Origin: an uncultured Bacteroidota bacterium
GTDB lineage: Bacteria > Bacteroidota > Ignavibacteria > Ignavibacteriales > Ignavibacteriaceae
DNA length: 64,000 nucleotides
Assembly (NCBI GenBank): GCA_963782475.1
Contig: CAWAJW010000018.1
Span: 10,697 to 74,696 of the forward strand
Reading direction: 5' to 3'
The notes below the pieces were generated by a model. That model saw only the letters and a list, made by a program, of their open reading frames with translations. It did not search any database and had not been told where the DNA came from. Below are positions 10,460 to 22,606 of the stretch, piece by piece. Made by a program: the position numbers and the translations under genes. Within the stretch, counting starts at the first letter, position 1, and every line of letters starts with the position of its first letter.

Positions 10460-12913
10460 TTATTCAAGAACTATTTGGGCTTCTTCTTCATCTTCGGAAA
10501 TGACTTTAGCAATGTCTGCTATTCCATCTCCTTCATTTAGTCTGATTACCCGAACACCTTGTGTGTTTCTTCCCATTACTCTCATATCTTTAACGCTTTG
10601 TCTTATTACCATTCCATGAACCGAGATAATAACCAGTTCGTCATTGTCCTGTACTTCCATCATGGCGATCATTTTTCCAACCTTTTCACTTGTTTTAACG
10701 GTTATTACACCTTTGCCGCCGCGCCTCGTAATTCTATAATCATTTATGTCCGAACGTTTTCCATAACCTTTTTCAGTTACAACCAGAATTGTCCCTTGCC
10801 GTTTAATTACAAGCAGACTTACAACTCTATCCTCTTTGCCTAGCTTAACGCCTCTTACCCCGGTAGCTGTTCTTCCCATATCTCTAACATCTTTTTCATT
10901 AAACCTGGTGGCAAAGCCGTTTCTTGTTCCAAGAACAATATCGTTGGTTCCGTCTGTCATTTTAACTTCAATTAGTTTGTCATCTTTATTAAGATTTATT
11001 GCATTTATTCCGCCTTTCCGGACATTGCCATAAGCAGAAAGGACTGTCTTCTTTATGGTTCCCTGCTGTGTCGCCATAATTAGATAATGAGAATCGTTAA
11101 ATTCTTTTACAGCAACAAAAGCAGTTATGTTTTCATCTTTATCTTTTTCAAGTAAATTAATTATAGATCTTCCCTTAGAAGTTCTTCCCCCCTCGGGAAT
11201 TTCATGAACTTTAAGCCAATAACATTTCCCTCTATCGGTAAAGAATAAAATATATTGATGCGTTGATGCAATAAACATATGCTCAATAAAGTCATCTTCT
11301 TTTGTACCGGCACCGGTTACTCCTTTTCCTCCTCTTCCCTGCCTCCGGTAACCGCTGACAGGAAATCTTTTAATAAAGCCGCTATGGGAAATTGTAACTA
11401 CAACATCTTCTTCCGCAATTATATCTTCCAGAGAAAATTCTTCATAGTCATGAATAATTTCAGTTCTTCTTGCATCACCATATCTCTCTTTAATTAAAAG
11501 TAATTCATCTTTAATAATAAGATATCTCTTCTCTTCACTTTCTAAAATCCCTTTTAATTTTTCAATCAGCTTAATAACCTCTTTGTATTCGTCTTCGATC
11601 TTCTTTCTTTCTAATCCAGTTAATCTCTGCAGACGCATATCAAGAATTGCTTTTGCCTGGATCTCAGATAACTTAAACTTCCTAATCAAATTATTTTTTG
11701 CAGTCTCAACATCTTTTGATTTTTTGATTGTATCAATAACTTCATCAATATTATCGAGAGCAATTATATATCCTTCAAGTATATGCGCCCTTCTCTCGGC
11801 AGCATCAAGCTCATATTTTGTCCTTTTTATGAGGACATCCATTCTATGTGCAATAAAATGCTGCATTGTTTCTTTAAGGGTGAGGACTTTCGGTATCCCG
11901 TTAACAAGGGCAAGCATTATTACGCCGAAGGTAGTCTGCATTTGTGTATGCTTAAACAGCTGGTTAAGCACTACCGGCGGCTGTGCATCCCTTTTTAATT
12001 CGATAACCACTCTCATACCGTCTCTATCGGATTCATCCCTTATATTAGAAATGTCGCCAATCTTATTTGCTCTCACTAACTCTGCTATTTTTTCAATTAA
12101 ATTAGCTTTGTTAACCTGGTAAGGAAGTTCGGTTATAATAATATTTTCGCGGTTATTTTTAAGTGTTTCAATATTTGCTTTTGCCCGCACAATTATTTTT
12201 CCCCTGCCGGTCAGGTAGGCATCTTTAACGCCGGAATAACCATAAATAATGCCTGCCGTAGGAAAATCGGGGGCAATAACAAATTTCATTAATTTTTCAG
12301 AAGTTATATCCGGGTTTTTAATCATTGCAATTATACCGTCAATAACTTCTCCGATATTATGCGGGGGAATGTTGGTTGCCATACCCACAGCTATACCGCT
12401 TGCACCATTTATTAAAAGATTCGGCAGATAAGATGGAAGAACGACCGGTTCCTGTAAAGAATCATCAAAGTTAGGAGCAAAATCCACGGTGTTTTTATCA
12501 AGATCTCTAAGCATTTCCTCAGAAATTCTTGCAAGCCTTGCCTCGGTATATCTCATTGCTGCAGGAGAATCTCCATCGACCGAGCCGAAGTTTCCCTGTC
12601 CGTCTACCAAGGGATAACGGAGCGAAAAATCCTGCACCATTCTTACCATTGAATCGTATACTGCAGTATCGCCATGCGGATGAAATTTACCAAGAACTTC
12701 ACCAACTATTCTTGCGGATTTTTTATATGGCTTATTATAAGCCATACCCAGCTCATGCATTCCATACAAAACTCTTCTGTGAACCGGCTTTAATCCATCC
12801 CTGACATCAGGCAATGCCCGGGCTACAATTACCGACATTGAATAATCGATATATGAAGACTTCATCTCTTCTTCCAAAGAGACGGGTACTATTTTTTCAA
12901 AAATTGTTGCCAT
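10460..12913 (-). CDS. gyrA: DNA gyrase subunit A
   Basis: 817 aa. Contains DGLKPVHRR, the active-site [10 protein letters not shown] motif, and C-terminal beta-pinwheel repeats. Confidence 0.97.
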   Translation of the reverse strand: MATIFEKIVPVSLEEEMKSSYIDYSMSVIVARALPDVRDGLKPVHRRVLYGMHELGMAYNKPYKKSARIVGEVLGKFHPHGDTAVYDSMVRMVQDFSLRYPLVDGQGNFGSVDGDSPAAMRYTEARLARISEEMLRDLDKNTVDFAPNFDDSLQEPVVLPSYLPNLLINGASGIAVGMATNIPPHNIGEVIDGIIAMIKNPDITSEKLMKFVIAPDFPTAGIIYGYSGVKDAYLTGRGKIIVRAKANIETLKNNRENIIITELPYQVNKANLIEKIAELVRANKIGDISNIRDESDRDGMRVVIELKRDAQPPVVLNQLFKHTQMQTTFGVIMLALVNGIPKVLTLKETMQHFIAHRMDVLIKRTKYELDAAERRAHILEGYIIALDNIDEVIDTIKKSKDVETAKNNLIRKFKLSEIQAKAILDMRLQRLTGLERKKIEDEYKEVIKLIEKLKGILESEEKRYLIIKDELLLIKERYGDARRTEIIHDYEEFSLEDIIAEEDVVVTISHSGFIKRFPVSGYRRQGRGGKGVTGAGTKEDDFIEHMFIASTHQYILFFTDRGKCYWLKVHEIPEGGRTSKGRSIINLLEKDKDENITAFVAVKEFNDSHYLIMATQQGTIKKTVLSAYGNVRKGGINAINLNKDDKLIEVKMTDGTNDIVLGTRNGFATRFNEKDVRDMGRTATGVRGVKLGKEDRVVSLLVIKRQGTILVVTEKGYGKRSDINDYRITRRGGKGVITVKTSEKVGKMIAMMEVQDNDELVIISVHGMVIRQSVKDMRVMGRNTQGVRVIRLNEGDGIADIAKVISEDEEEAQIVLE

Positions 12914-13021
12914 AATCTTTCTGCTTCATCAATAAAAAATTTTCAATATTTAATTATTAAAACTTTTAATATATATTGCTTAATTTGTGTGCACAAATGT
13001 ATGCCTTATACTTTGGAGGCT

Positions 13022-15034
<2,013 letters not shown>

Positions 15035-15322
15035 TTATGAGACGAACTTTATTTTTTTTATTCTTTCTTCTTTCAAAAAATCATTTATTTTTTCAATAAT
15101 AGTTTGTTCTTTAAACTTTAATTCACTTCTCCAGACAGAGTTTTCAACTCTTAAAAAAAGAACATTCTTTTTTACTTTTACAGGAACTGCTATTTTTTCA
15201 AAATCTTTGAATATTTCATAAAAATTATCTACTACGTCAAAATCTTTAATTGAATTCCTTAAAATTCCAAGAGAAGGATCTCTTTCAATTGCTTCCCCCA
15301 GACTGATGAAACCGTTATGCAT
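15035..15322 (-). CDS. DUF721 (DciA-like) protein
   Basis: 95-aa ORF overlapping the recF stop by 8 nt, in the conserved recF-DUF721-gyrB position. The assignment rests on size and context, with weak recognition of the sequence itself. Confidence 0.6.
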   Translation of the reverse strand: MHNGFISLGEAIERDPSLGILRNSIKDFDVVDNFYEIFKDFEKIAVPVKVKKNVLFLRVENSVWRSELKFKEQTIIEKINDFLKEERIKKIKFVS

Positions 15323-16445
15323 AAACTACCTCTCCCTGTTTCAGTCTCACGAGGGTATCTTTCTCATTAATTTTAAGAAACGACATATTTGAAAAATCTG
15401 TTAAGGTAATAAATGCCTGGCCCGTTTCTCTTAAATATTCGCTCGTTCTTAAAGAACGGTTTGTATCCAGCTCACCAAAAACATCATCCAGCAAAAACAG
15501 AGGTGTTTTTCCTGTTTTTTCTTTTAAATAAAAAAATTGGGCAAATTTTAAAGCTATTTGAAAAGTTTTATGCTGTCCCTGCGAACCAAATAATTTTAAT
15601 TCTTTATTATTTATTTCAAAGAGATATTCATCGCGCTGCGGTCCGACCAAATTGCCTGCCCTTCTTAGTTCTTCTTCTCTTTTAGCATTAATTAGTTTAT
15701 AAAATTCTTCCTTTATCATTTTCTGATTTTCGTATTTTTTCTTTCCTTCTAAGAACAAATAATAGACTGCGGGAACTTCGTCTGTTCCAATAATTTTTCT
15801 ATATGATTCTACAACATAATAGTTAAACTCTTCTATAAATTTTATTCTATGTTCAATTATTTCCGTTCCGGTTTCAACTAATTTTGTTGTCCATGCATCC
15901 AGCTCATTATATGCAGCTTGTGATTTTCTGTATTGTTCTTTTATCCGGGTTAAAAGTGAAGAGCGCTGCCTGAGAGTACGATTAAAATCCAACAATAATT
16001 TTAAATATGTTTCGCTTGACTGAGATATAACCGAGTCTACAAATTTTCTTCTATCGCCGGGAGAACCCTGGGTGATTGAGTGATCCGCGGGGGTTAAAAT
16101 AACCACAGGGAATTTACCAATTACATCCGAAAGACGATTAATCAATTTGCCGTTTTGAAAATAATATTTTTTGTTTTCTTCTAAAGAAAAATAAATTCTT
16201 ATATCATTTTCAGTTAAATCTTTAAAAGAACCTTTTATTTCAAATCCTTTTTCATTAAACCTTGTCACTTCGTTATCTGTTTTTGAATTATATCCTTTGG
16301 TCGTACATAAAAAATAAATTGATTCCAGAATAGATGTTTTCCCTTGCCCGTTTCCTCCTACTATATAATTTATTTTTTCGGAAAAATTTAAATTTGTGTT
16401 TTTGTGGCTTCTAAAATTTTTTAAATAAATTGAGGAAAGAATCAT
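15315..16445 (-). CDS. recF: DNA replication/repair protein RecF
   Basis: Walker A GGNGQGKTSILESIYF, Walker B-like LFLLDDVFGELD, position downstream of dnaN. Confidence 0.93.
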   Translation of the reverse strand: MILSSIYLKNFRSHKNTNLNFSEKINYIVGGNGQGKTSILESIYFLCTTKGYNSKTDNEVTRFNEKGFEIKGSFKDLTENDIRIYFSLEENKKYYFQNGKLINRLSDVIGKFPVVILTPADHSITQGSPGDRRKFVDSVISQSSETYLKLLLDFNRTLRQRSSLLTRIKEQYRKSQAAYNELDAWTTKLVETGTEIIEHRIKFIEEFNYYVVESYRKIIGTDEVPAVYYLFLEGKKKYENQKMIKEEFYKLINAKREEELRRAGNLVGPQRDEYLFEINNKELKLFGSQGQHKTFQIALKFAQFFYLKEKTGKTPLFLLDDVFGELDTNRSLRTSEYLRETGQAFITLTDFSNMSFLKINEKDTLVRLKQGEVVYA

Positions 16446-16448
16446 ATT

Positions 16449-17558
16449 TTAATTATTTAATCGTACGGGCATAAGAAGCAGCATCAACTCTTCATTCTCT
16501 TCATTTTCCAACGGTTCTATTATACAAGCTTTAGTAGGGGAATGTAATTTGAATATTATTTCCTCCTTGTTTACATGTGTTAAAATATCATTAACATAAG
16601 CTGTATTAAACCCTATATCCATCGGTTCTCCTTTATATTCACAAAAAACATTCTCCTTTGCGTTTGAGCCATGATCGATGTCTTCAGCCGATATTTCCAG
16701 ATTATCGTTTTTGATTGAAAATTTTACCTGCTTGGAGTTAGATGTTGAAAAGAGCATCATCCTTTTCACTGTTGATAAAATATCAACGGTTTTTACCTTA
16801 AGTATATTTTCATTTTCCATCGGGATAACGCTATTATAAGAAGGATATTTTTCTCCAATCAAACGGGAGATGAATTCAACATCAACCAACTGAACCATAA
16901 TATTTGTTTTACTTAAATATATTTTAACATCACTATCCGACAGCTGCTTTGAAAGGACAGATATAGCCCTTTCGGGTATGATGTACTGTTCTTCTTTTTC
17001 CGATGTTATCGATTTATTCACATATTTTACGAGCCTGTGGCCGTCTGTTGTTACAAACCTCAAACCTTCTTCCGAAAATTCAAGCAATGTTCCGGTCATT
17101 GCCGGCCTCATATCTTCCTTGCTCATTGCAAAAGAAGTTTGATCTATTGCTTTTTTAATATCAGATCCATTCAATATAATTTCTTTATCTCTGGCGATAG
17201 CCGGGATCTCTGGAAAATCTTCATGTGAAGAAAAACCGATATTATAAACACCGTTATCGGTTGTCAATTTTAATTTTGAATTTTGTTCCGTTTCAAAATT
17301 AATTTGGGTATCACCTAAAGAGCGTATAATGTCATATAAAAGCTTTGCAGGAATAACCATCTGTATGTTTTCATCCGCAGCTACATTAATAGAAGATCTT
17401 ATAGATATTTCAAGATCGGTTGCACTAACAGTAAGCAGTCCGTCATGAATATCAAACAGAAAGTTTTCTAAAATAGGCATTGGTGTACGGGTTGGTACAG
17501 CCGGAATTATTTTAGAAAGAAGCTTTTCTAAAACTTTACTGTTAACTTTGAATTTCAT
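16449..17558 (-). CDS. dnaN: DNA polymerase III beta sliding clamp
   Basis: 369 aa. Has the three-domain length and the C-terminal LLLMPVRLN. Position is immediately downstream of dnaA. Confidence 0.93.
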   Translation of the reverse strand: MKFKVNSKVLEKLLSKIIPAVPTRTPMPILENFLFDIHDGLLTVSATDLEISIRSSINVAADENIQMVIPAKLLYDIIRSLGDTQINFETEQNSKLKLTTDNGVYNIGFSSHEDFPEIPAIARDKEIILNGSDIKKAIDQTSFAMSKEDMRPAMTGTLLEFSEEGLRFVTTDGHRLVKYVNKSITSEKEEQYIIPERAISVLSKQLSDSDVKIYLSKTNIMVQLVDVEFISRLIGEKYPSYNSVIPMENENILKVKTVDILSTVKRMMLFSTSNSKQVKFSIKNDNLEISAEDIDHGSNAKENVFCEYKGEPMDIGFNTAYVNDILTHVNKEEIIFKLHSPTKACIIEPLENEENEELMLLLMPVRLNN

Positions 17559-17639
17559 TTATAAAATCTCCTTTTAAATGCCTTAAAATAGTAATATTAC
17601 TCAACATTCTCAATGATAAAAATTATAGTTATGCTACAA

Positions 17640-17900
17640 TTTTCTTAAGATGCTTGGGAGTTACTGACAACATTATAATTATTAATTAATATATAGTTTT
17701 AAATTAATAGTAATAATAATAGTGTGGATATGTTAACTATATCTTTTTATTTACAATACATTAAAATAAACAAATTAATATAATGCTTAGAGTGTTGACT
17801 ACTTTTCTTAAAACTAAAGGTTATTAACAGTCTGTGTATAAGCAAAGCCTTTTCAACAAATTAAGTTGCAGACATTAACAAGTTTTACACAATGAAAAAT
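17640..17900. promoter_or_regulatory. AT-rich dnaA-dnaN spacer with near-consensus DnaA boxes (candidate DUE / second oriC module)
   Basis: TGTGGATAT at 17723-17731 (reverse complement ATATCCACA). TGTGTATAA at 17833-17841 (reverse complement TTATACACA). TTTTACACA at 17883-17891. An almost pure A/T stretch lies around 17660-17720. Confidence 0.5.
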
Positions 17901-17935
17901 TAACTGTTTATTTGAAAAATTCTTTTCATAAAAAA

Positions 17936-17955
17936 AGCTCCTTGTAAAGGAGCTT
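17936..17955 (-). terminator. rho-independent terminator of dnaA
   Basis: Stem agctcctt (17936-17943) / aaggagct (17948-17955) with loop gtaa. On the minus strand it is followed by T7 (complement of the A-run at 17929-17935). It lies 37 nt past the dnaA stop. Confidence 0.8.
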
Positions 17956-17991
17956 CAATTCTATCTGATTGAATTGGATCAAAAACATTTT

Positions 17992-19379
17992 TTAAGATGA
18001 ACTTATTTCAATCTGGTTCTTTAAATTTTCAATAATTTCGTTGAGAATAGTATCTTTTGTTTTCATATCTTCAATTGAAGAGCAGGAATGAATTACTGTC
18101 GAATGATCCCTTCCTCCAAAATGCAGCCCGATTGTTTTTAAAGATGATTTTGTTAATTCTTTTGAAAGATACATTGCGATCTGTCTTGCCAGGACGATCT
18201 CTTTCTTCCTGGTTTTGTCCCTTATTTTGTTTTCGTCCACTTTAAGATAAGAACAAACATTCTTTGTAATCATTTCAATAGTAATATTTACTTTCCTGTC
18301 GGTTGCTATTTCTTTTACTGTCTTTTTTGCTAAGTCCAGGTTAATTTCTTTTGAATTGAGAGATGAATTAGCTAATAATTTTATTAAACAGCCCTCGAGT
18401 TCACGAATATTAGAAGTTATATTGTTGGCAATATATTCTAAAATGTCATTCGCAACAGCCATTCCGAAATCTTCGGATTTCTTTTTAAAATAGCGATTCT
18501 TGTCTCTAGTTCTGGCGGCTGAATATCAGCAGGCAGTCCCCACTGAAATCGTGATATTAAACGGTCATCCAAACCTTTTAAATCTTTTGGTGCTTTATCG
18601 CTGGAAAGCACAATTTGTTTTTTTGATTGATGCAGTGTGTTAAAGATATGAAAGAAAAGATCCTGAGTTTTTTCTTTTCCAATAAGAAATTGAATGTCAT
18701 CAATAATAAGAACATCCATATTCCTGTAAAAGCTGGAGAACTCATTAACTTTGTTTGATTGAATTGCCTCGACAAATTCTACTGTAAAAATATCGGAAGA
18801 AAGATATATAATTCTTTTTTGCGGAAAGTTTTTAACTATTTTATTTCCTAATGCCTGAATTAAATGAGTTTTACCCAGGCCAACGCCGCCATAAACAAAA
18901 AATGGATTAAAAGAAGTTCCTCCCGGATTATCGCTGATGGCGCTTGCTGCTGCCCGCGCCAACTGATTTCCTTCTCCTTTAATAAAATTTTCAAAAGTAT
19001 ACCTTGAGTTTAAATACGTTTCAAATTCAGGTTTACTTTTTATTGCTGCAGGTTGGGATAATTGAACCGGTTTGCTCATCCTTTCATTAGATTCTTTTTC
19101 TTCATTAATTACATAAGCTAATTTTGCATCTTCACCCAAGACTTCATGAATAGTTTTGTTTATTAAGGTGTTGAAATGCTCATCAATCCATTCCCAGAAA
19201 AATTGACTGGGAAGCTGAACGGTTAAAACAGAATTTTTTATATCTAATGATTTGATAGGCTGAAACCATGTATTATAAGTCATCAAAGTTACGTTTTGCT
19301 TGATGATTTTTAAACATTCTTTCCAAAGTATTTCATGTTCAGAGACAATGTTTTTTTCAAAAATTACAGTATTAAGCAT
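17992..19379 (-). CDS. dnaA: chromosomal replication initiator DnaA, split by one frameshift as assembled
   Basis: The N-terminal ORF 18438..19379 carries Walker A GGVGLGKTHL, IDDIQFL and the sensor regions. The C-terminal ORF 17992..18462 carries ANDILEYIANNITSNIRELEG and the DNA-binding domain with GGRDHSTVIH. Adding one A to the A5 run (plus-strand T5 at 18482-18486) restores ...RIAILKKKSEDFGMAVANDILEY. Confidence 0.93.
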
Positions 19380-19385
19380 AATGAA

Positions 19386-19633
19386 TTATCCACAATCAAA
19401 AAAGTTTAAATGTATTTAATAAAAAATTGAATATTCTTAGCAAGAGAGATGTAAAAATTTTCATTCACAAGATATCCACATTAAATATCGACCTGTAATT
19501 GGTTATAAATTAACCACTTACGGCCATTTCCTTTAAATGAGTCCACAGTGATCAAACTTTGTCGCCCTGAGCTGGGGTTGAGATGTGCTGTGAAACATTT
19601 TCACAAAATTAAATTATCCACAAGATATTCACA
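19386..19633 (+). promoter_or_regulatory. DnaA-box cluster between dnaA and rpmH (candidate oriC / dnaA autoregulatory region)
   Basis: Perfect TTATCCACA at 19386-19394 and 19614-19622, and ATATCCACA at 19472-19480. Degenerate boxes at 19461-19469 (TCATTCACA), 19510-19518 (TTAACCACT) and 19625-19633 (ATATTCACA). Gene orientation switches here. Confidence 0.65.
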
Positions 19634-19809
19634 TTAATTTTGACCATCTAACCCAGTGAAAAAATAGGAAGTAATATTGAGCCGTGCAAATTAATTCTTA
19701 TAAAAATTAATAATTTTTTAATGTTGAGTTGGTTTCGTTGAAATGATTTTATCTTGTTTATAATAATATCAATACTTATTTTTAAAGTCTTTTGAAAAAG
19801 GAGTAATAA

Positions 19810-19956
19810 ATGAAGAGAACTTACCAGCCAAGCAATAGAAAAAGAAAGAATAAGCATGGCTTTAGAGAAAGAATGAAGACCAAAAATGGCAGAAAAGTTC
19901 TGGCCAGAAGAAGATCAAAGGGTAGAAAAAAATTAACTGTTAGCGATGAGAAATAA
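19810..19956 (+). CDS. rpmH: 50S ribosomal protein L34
   Basis: Not in the ORF track because it is under 60 aa. It translates to [48 protein letters not shown], the canonical L34 sequence, directly upstream of rnpA. Confidence 0.95.
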   Translation: MKRTYQPSNRKRKNKHGFRERMKTKNGRKVLARRRSKGRKKLTVSDEK

Positions 19957-19961
19957 TTCAT

Positions 19962-20360
19962 TTGAAACAATTTGGTCTTTCATCTGAAGAAAGAATAAAA
20001 AGCAGAAAAGATTTTCAGCAAATATATACGTCAGGGAAAATCTTTTTTTCCAACCAAAATATTATTAAAGCTCTTTTTATTATTGAGAAAAATTCTGAAC
20101 CGCCGGGAGTTAAAATCGCAGCAGCTGTTTTTAAAAAAGCTGGGAATGCTGTTTGGAGAAACAGGCTAAAAAGACTTATTAGAGAATCATATAGATTAAA
20201 TAAAGAAATCCTGGCCGGCTATGCCCAAGAAAAAAAACTTTTAGTGAAAATAGTATTTTCGCCGAATCTGCTGTATCAAAAAAAAAATAAAAAATTAATA
20301 CTTAACAATATTATGCCGGAAGTTGTAGACTTAATGATGAAGATCAAGAGTGCGATTTGA
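19962..20360 (+). CDS. rnpA: ribonuclease P protein component
   Basis: 132-aa basic protein with a TTG start 5 nt after rpmH. Contains [10 protein letters not shown] and [13 protein letters not shown]. Lies in the conserved rpmH-rnpA-yidD-yidC order. Confidence 0.85.
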   Translation: MKQFGLSSEERIKSRKDFQQIYTSGKIFFSNQNIIKALFIIEKNSEPPGVKIAAAVFKKAGNAVWRNRLKRLIRESYRLNKEILAGYAQEKKLLVKIVFSPNLLYQKKNKKLILNNIMPEVVDLMMKIKSAI

Positions 20361-20361
20361 G

Positions 20362-20571
20362 ATGTGGAGAATATTTGTAATATTAATAAAAGGGTATCAA
20401 AAATTTATTTCGCCAATTTTTCCTCCGTCTTGCCGTTTTTATCCATCGTGTTCAGAATACGGAATAGAAGCATTTACAAAGTATGGTATATTTAAAGGAG
20501 GAGCGAAAACTATCTGGCGTATTTTAAGGTGCAATCCTTTTAATAAGGGCGGATATGATCCGCTCCAATAA
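20362..20571 (+). CDS. yidD: membrane protein insertion efficiency factor YidD
   Basis: [26 protein letters not shown]...[15 protein letters not shown] is the YidD signature. The ATG at 20362 is preferred over the GTG at 20350. Confidence 0.9.
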   Translation: MWRIFVILIKGYQKFISPIFPPSCRFYPSCSEYGIEAFTKYGIFKGGAKTIWRILRCNPFNKGGYDPLQ

Positions 20572-20582
20572 TGGAAGTCTGA

Positions 20583-22474
20583 ATGGATAAAAAAACAGTA
20601 TTAGCTTTTATATTAATCGGGGCATTATTAATCCTTTGGATGTATTTAAATGCTCCCGAACCGCAAAAACAGTTAGCTCAAAAAAGCAATGACTCTACTC
20701 TTGTCGCCGATTCATCAGCTCTGCAGCAAAAGCCGAAGGTTAAAGAAAACTTGCCCCCGGAGAAAGGAGCAGGTCAAGCAGAAAAAGAAGCTTCCGAAGA
20801 TAGTTTGAAATACGGCAAATATTTTACATTCCCTTCAAAGCCTGAAAAAATAATAACACTCGAGAATGACCTGGTTAAAATGGAGTTCTCAACCCGCGGC
20901 GGGAATATTAAAAAGTATTACTTAAAAAAATTCCATAACTGGTTTTCGGCAGAGGTGGAAGACGATACCTCGAATTTTTACAAAACCCATGTTCAGCTTA
21001 TAAAAGCCGCTAAGGGAGGCGCATATGATTTATCGTTTGTCTCGATTGACGGAAAGGCAATTAACACCGCAAATCTTGATTTTGATGTAAAATTAAGTAA
21101 ACAGAAATATAAGATTACAGGGAATGATTCTGTTACCGTTGCTTTCACCCTTAATGTTGCAGAGAACAAATATATAAAGAAGATATATACTTTTTATGGT
21201 GATAAATACAGCTTGACCAGCGATATAGAACTTAGGGGGATGAATAATATAATCAGCAACAATGCATATGACCTGGTCTGGAATAACGGGATTAGATTTG
21301 TTGAGTATAATTCGGTTGATGAAGCAAGCTATTCCGACGCAAGTGTTTATTATGGCGGCGACCAGGTTGTTGTAGACGCATCTAAGTGTGAAAGAGAAAA
21401 AGCAGGAAAACTTTAATGGAAGAATAGACTGGGTAGGGGTAAGAAACAAATATTTTGCAGCAATAATTGCCCCTCAGGATCCTTCTAAAGTTGACGGAGC
21501 ATATATTGAAGGAAGCAGGAAAGATATAGCAAACAACGGGGTAGTCGAAGATTATAACGTACAGATTAATAGTTCCATTTAATAATACCGATTTTGCAAA
21601 AAATACGTTCACGCTCTACATTGGACCGGTTGATTATGGCATACTAAATAAATATGGGAATCATTTATCTGCAATAGTTGATTTCGGAAGCTTTTTCGGA
21701 CTGAAGTTTTTAGTAAGGCCGATTGCAATTTACATTCTCCTGCCGTTATTTAATTTTCTTCATATGTTTATTCCCAATTATGGAATAGTCATTATTGTCT
21801 TTTCCTTGATTATTAAGTTTGTTCTTTACCCTCTAACAAAAACCAGCTATCAATCAATGAAGAAGATGCAGCTTCTTCAGCCGAAGATTACGGAATTAAA
21901 GGAAAAATATAAAGATGATCCGCAAAAAGTAAATAAAGAGACGATGAAGCTTTATTCTACTTATGGTGTTAATCCGGCCGGCGGATGTCTGCCACTTGTT
22001 CTTCAAATGCCTATTTTTATAGCGCTCTGGGGATTGCTGAAAATTGCAATCGATTTGCGCCAGCAGCCATTTCTTTTATGGATAAAAGATCTCTCGCAGC
22101 CCGATGTTATTTACCAGCTCCCCTTCAAGCTTCCTATTTTCGGAATTGATCAAATAAGCGGGTTAGCCGTTTTAATGGGTGTGACCACATTCATCCAGCA
22201 AAAAATGAGCGTGAAAGATCCCAAGCAGCAGGCACTGATCTATGTTATGCCTATATTTTTAACAATAATGTTTATGAGCTTCCCGTCAGGTCTTAATCTT
22301 TATTATTTTATGTTCAATGTTTTCTCAATTGCACAGCAATATTATATAAACCATAAACATGATGGAATGGAACTTCAGCCGGTAAAGAATCCCAAAAAAT
22401 CAAAGGGGTTTATGCAGAAGCTGATGGAAACAGCCGAACAAAATGCTAAAGTTCAGCAAAAAAGAAGACGTTAG
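20583..22474 (+). CDS. yidC: membrane protein insertase YidC (long periplasmic-domain form), broken by two frameshifts as assembled
   Basis: Three colinear ORF pieces: 20583..21416, 21388..21582, and 21545/21764..22474. The last piece carries the conserved TM core (NYGIVIIVFSLIIKFVLYPLT, MKKMQLLQPK, YGVNPAGGCLPLVLQMPIF). The total span of ~630 codons fits Bacteroidota-type YidC. Confidence 0.9.
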
Positions 22475-22606
22475 CAGATATTAATGCTTCCTCAATAATA
22501 TATAGATAATTGCCCCGCAAAAATCCTGAAAAAATGTTTATTTTTCGGTTATAAATTTTTGTGAATTACTTTTAGATATTGCGGGATAAAGAGTATTAAA
22601 TTATAA

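Noticed and set aside
10559-12804. Multiple 60-180-aa plus-strand ORFs inside gyrA. Similar antisense or out-of-frame ORFs occur inside gyrB, dnaN, deoA, aspS, the kinase, the TPR-LuxR gene and others in the ORF track.
   Set aside because: They lie entirely within long, well-supported genes on the other strand or in another frame. They have low-complexity, hydrophobic or Ser/Phe/Ile-rich translations and no recognisable motifs. They are shadow ORFs typical of AT-rich DNA.
18438-18510. Programmed ribosomal frameshifting as an explanation for the split dnaA (and yidC, glgP).
   Set aside because: There is no slippery heptamer plus stimulatory structure, and no precedent for recoding in these genes. 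The breaks sit at simple homopolymers and occur in many unrelated genes, which fits sequencing error better.
19648-19857. 69-aa minus-strand ORF in the dnaA-rpmH intergenic region.
   Set aside because: Its 5' part is antisense to the clearly real rpmH gene (19810..19956). The rest covers AT-rich promoter/origin DNA. The translation is low-complexity Leu/Ile/Ser.
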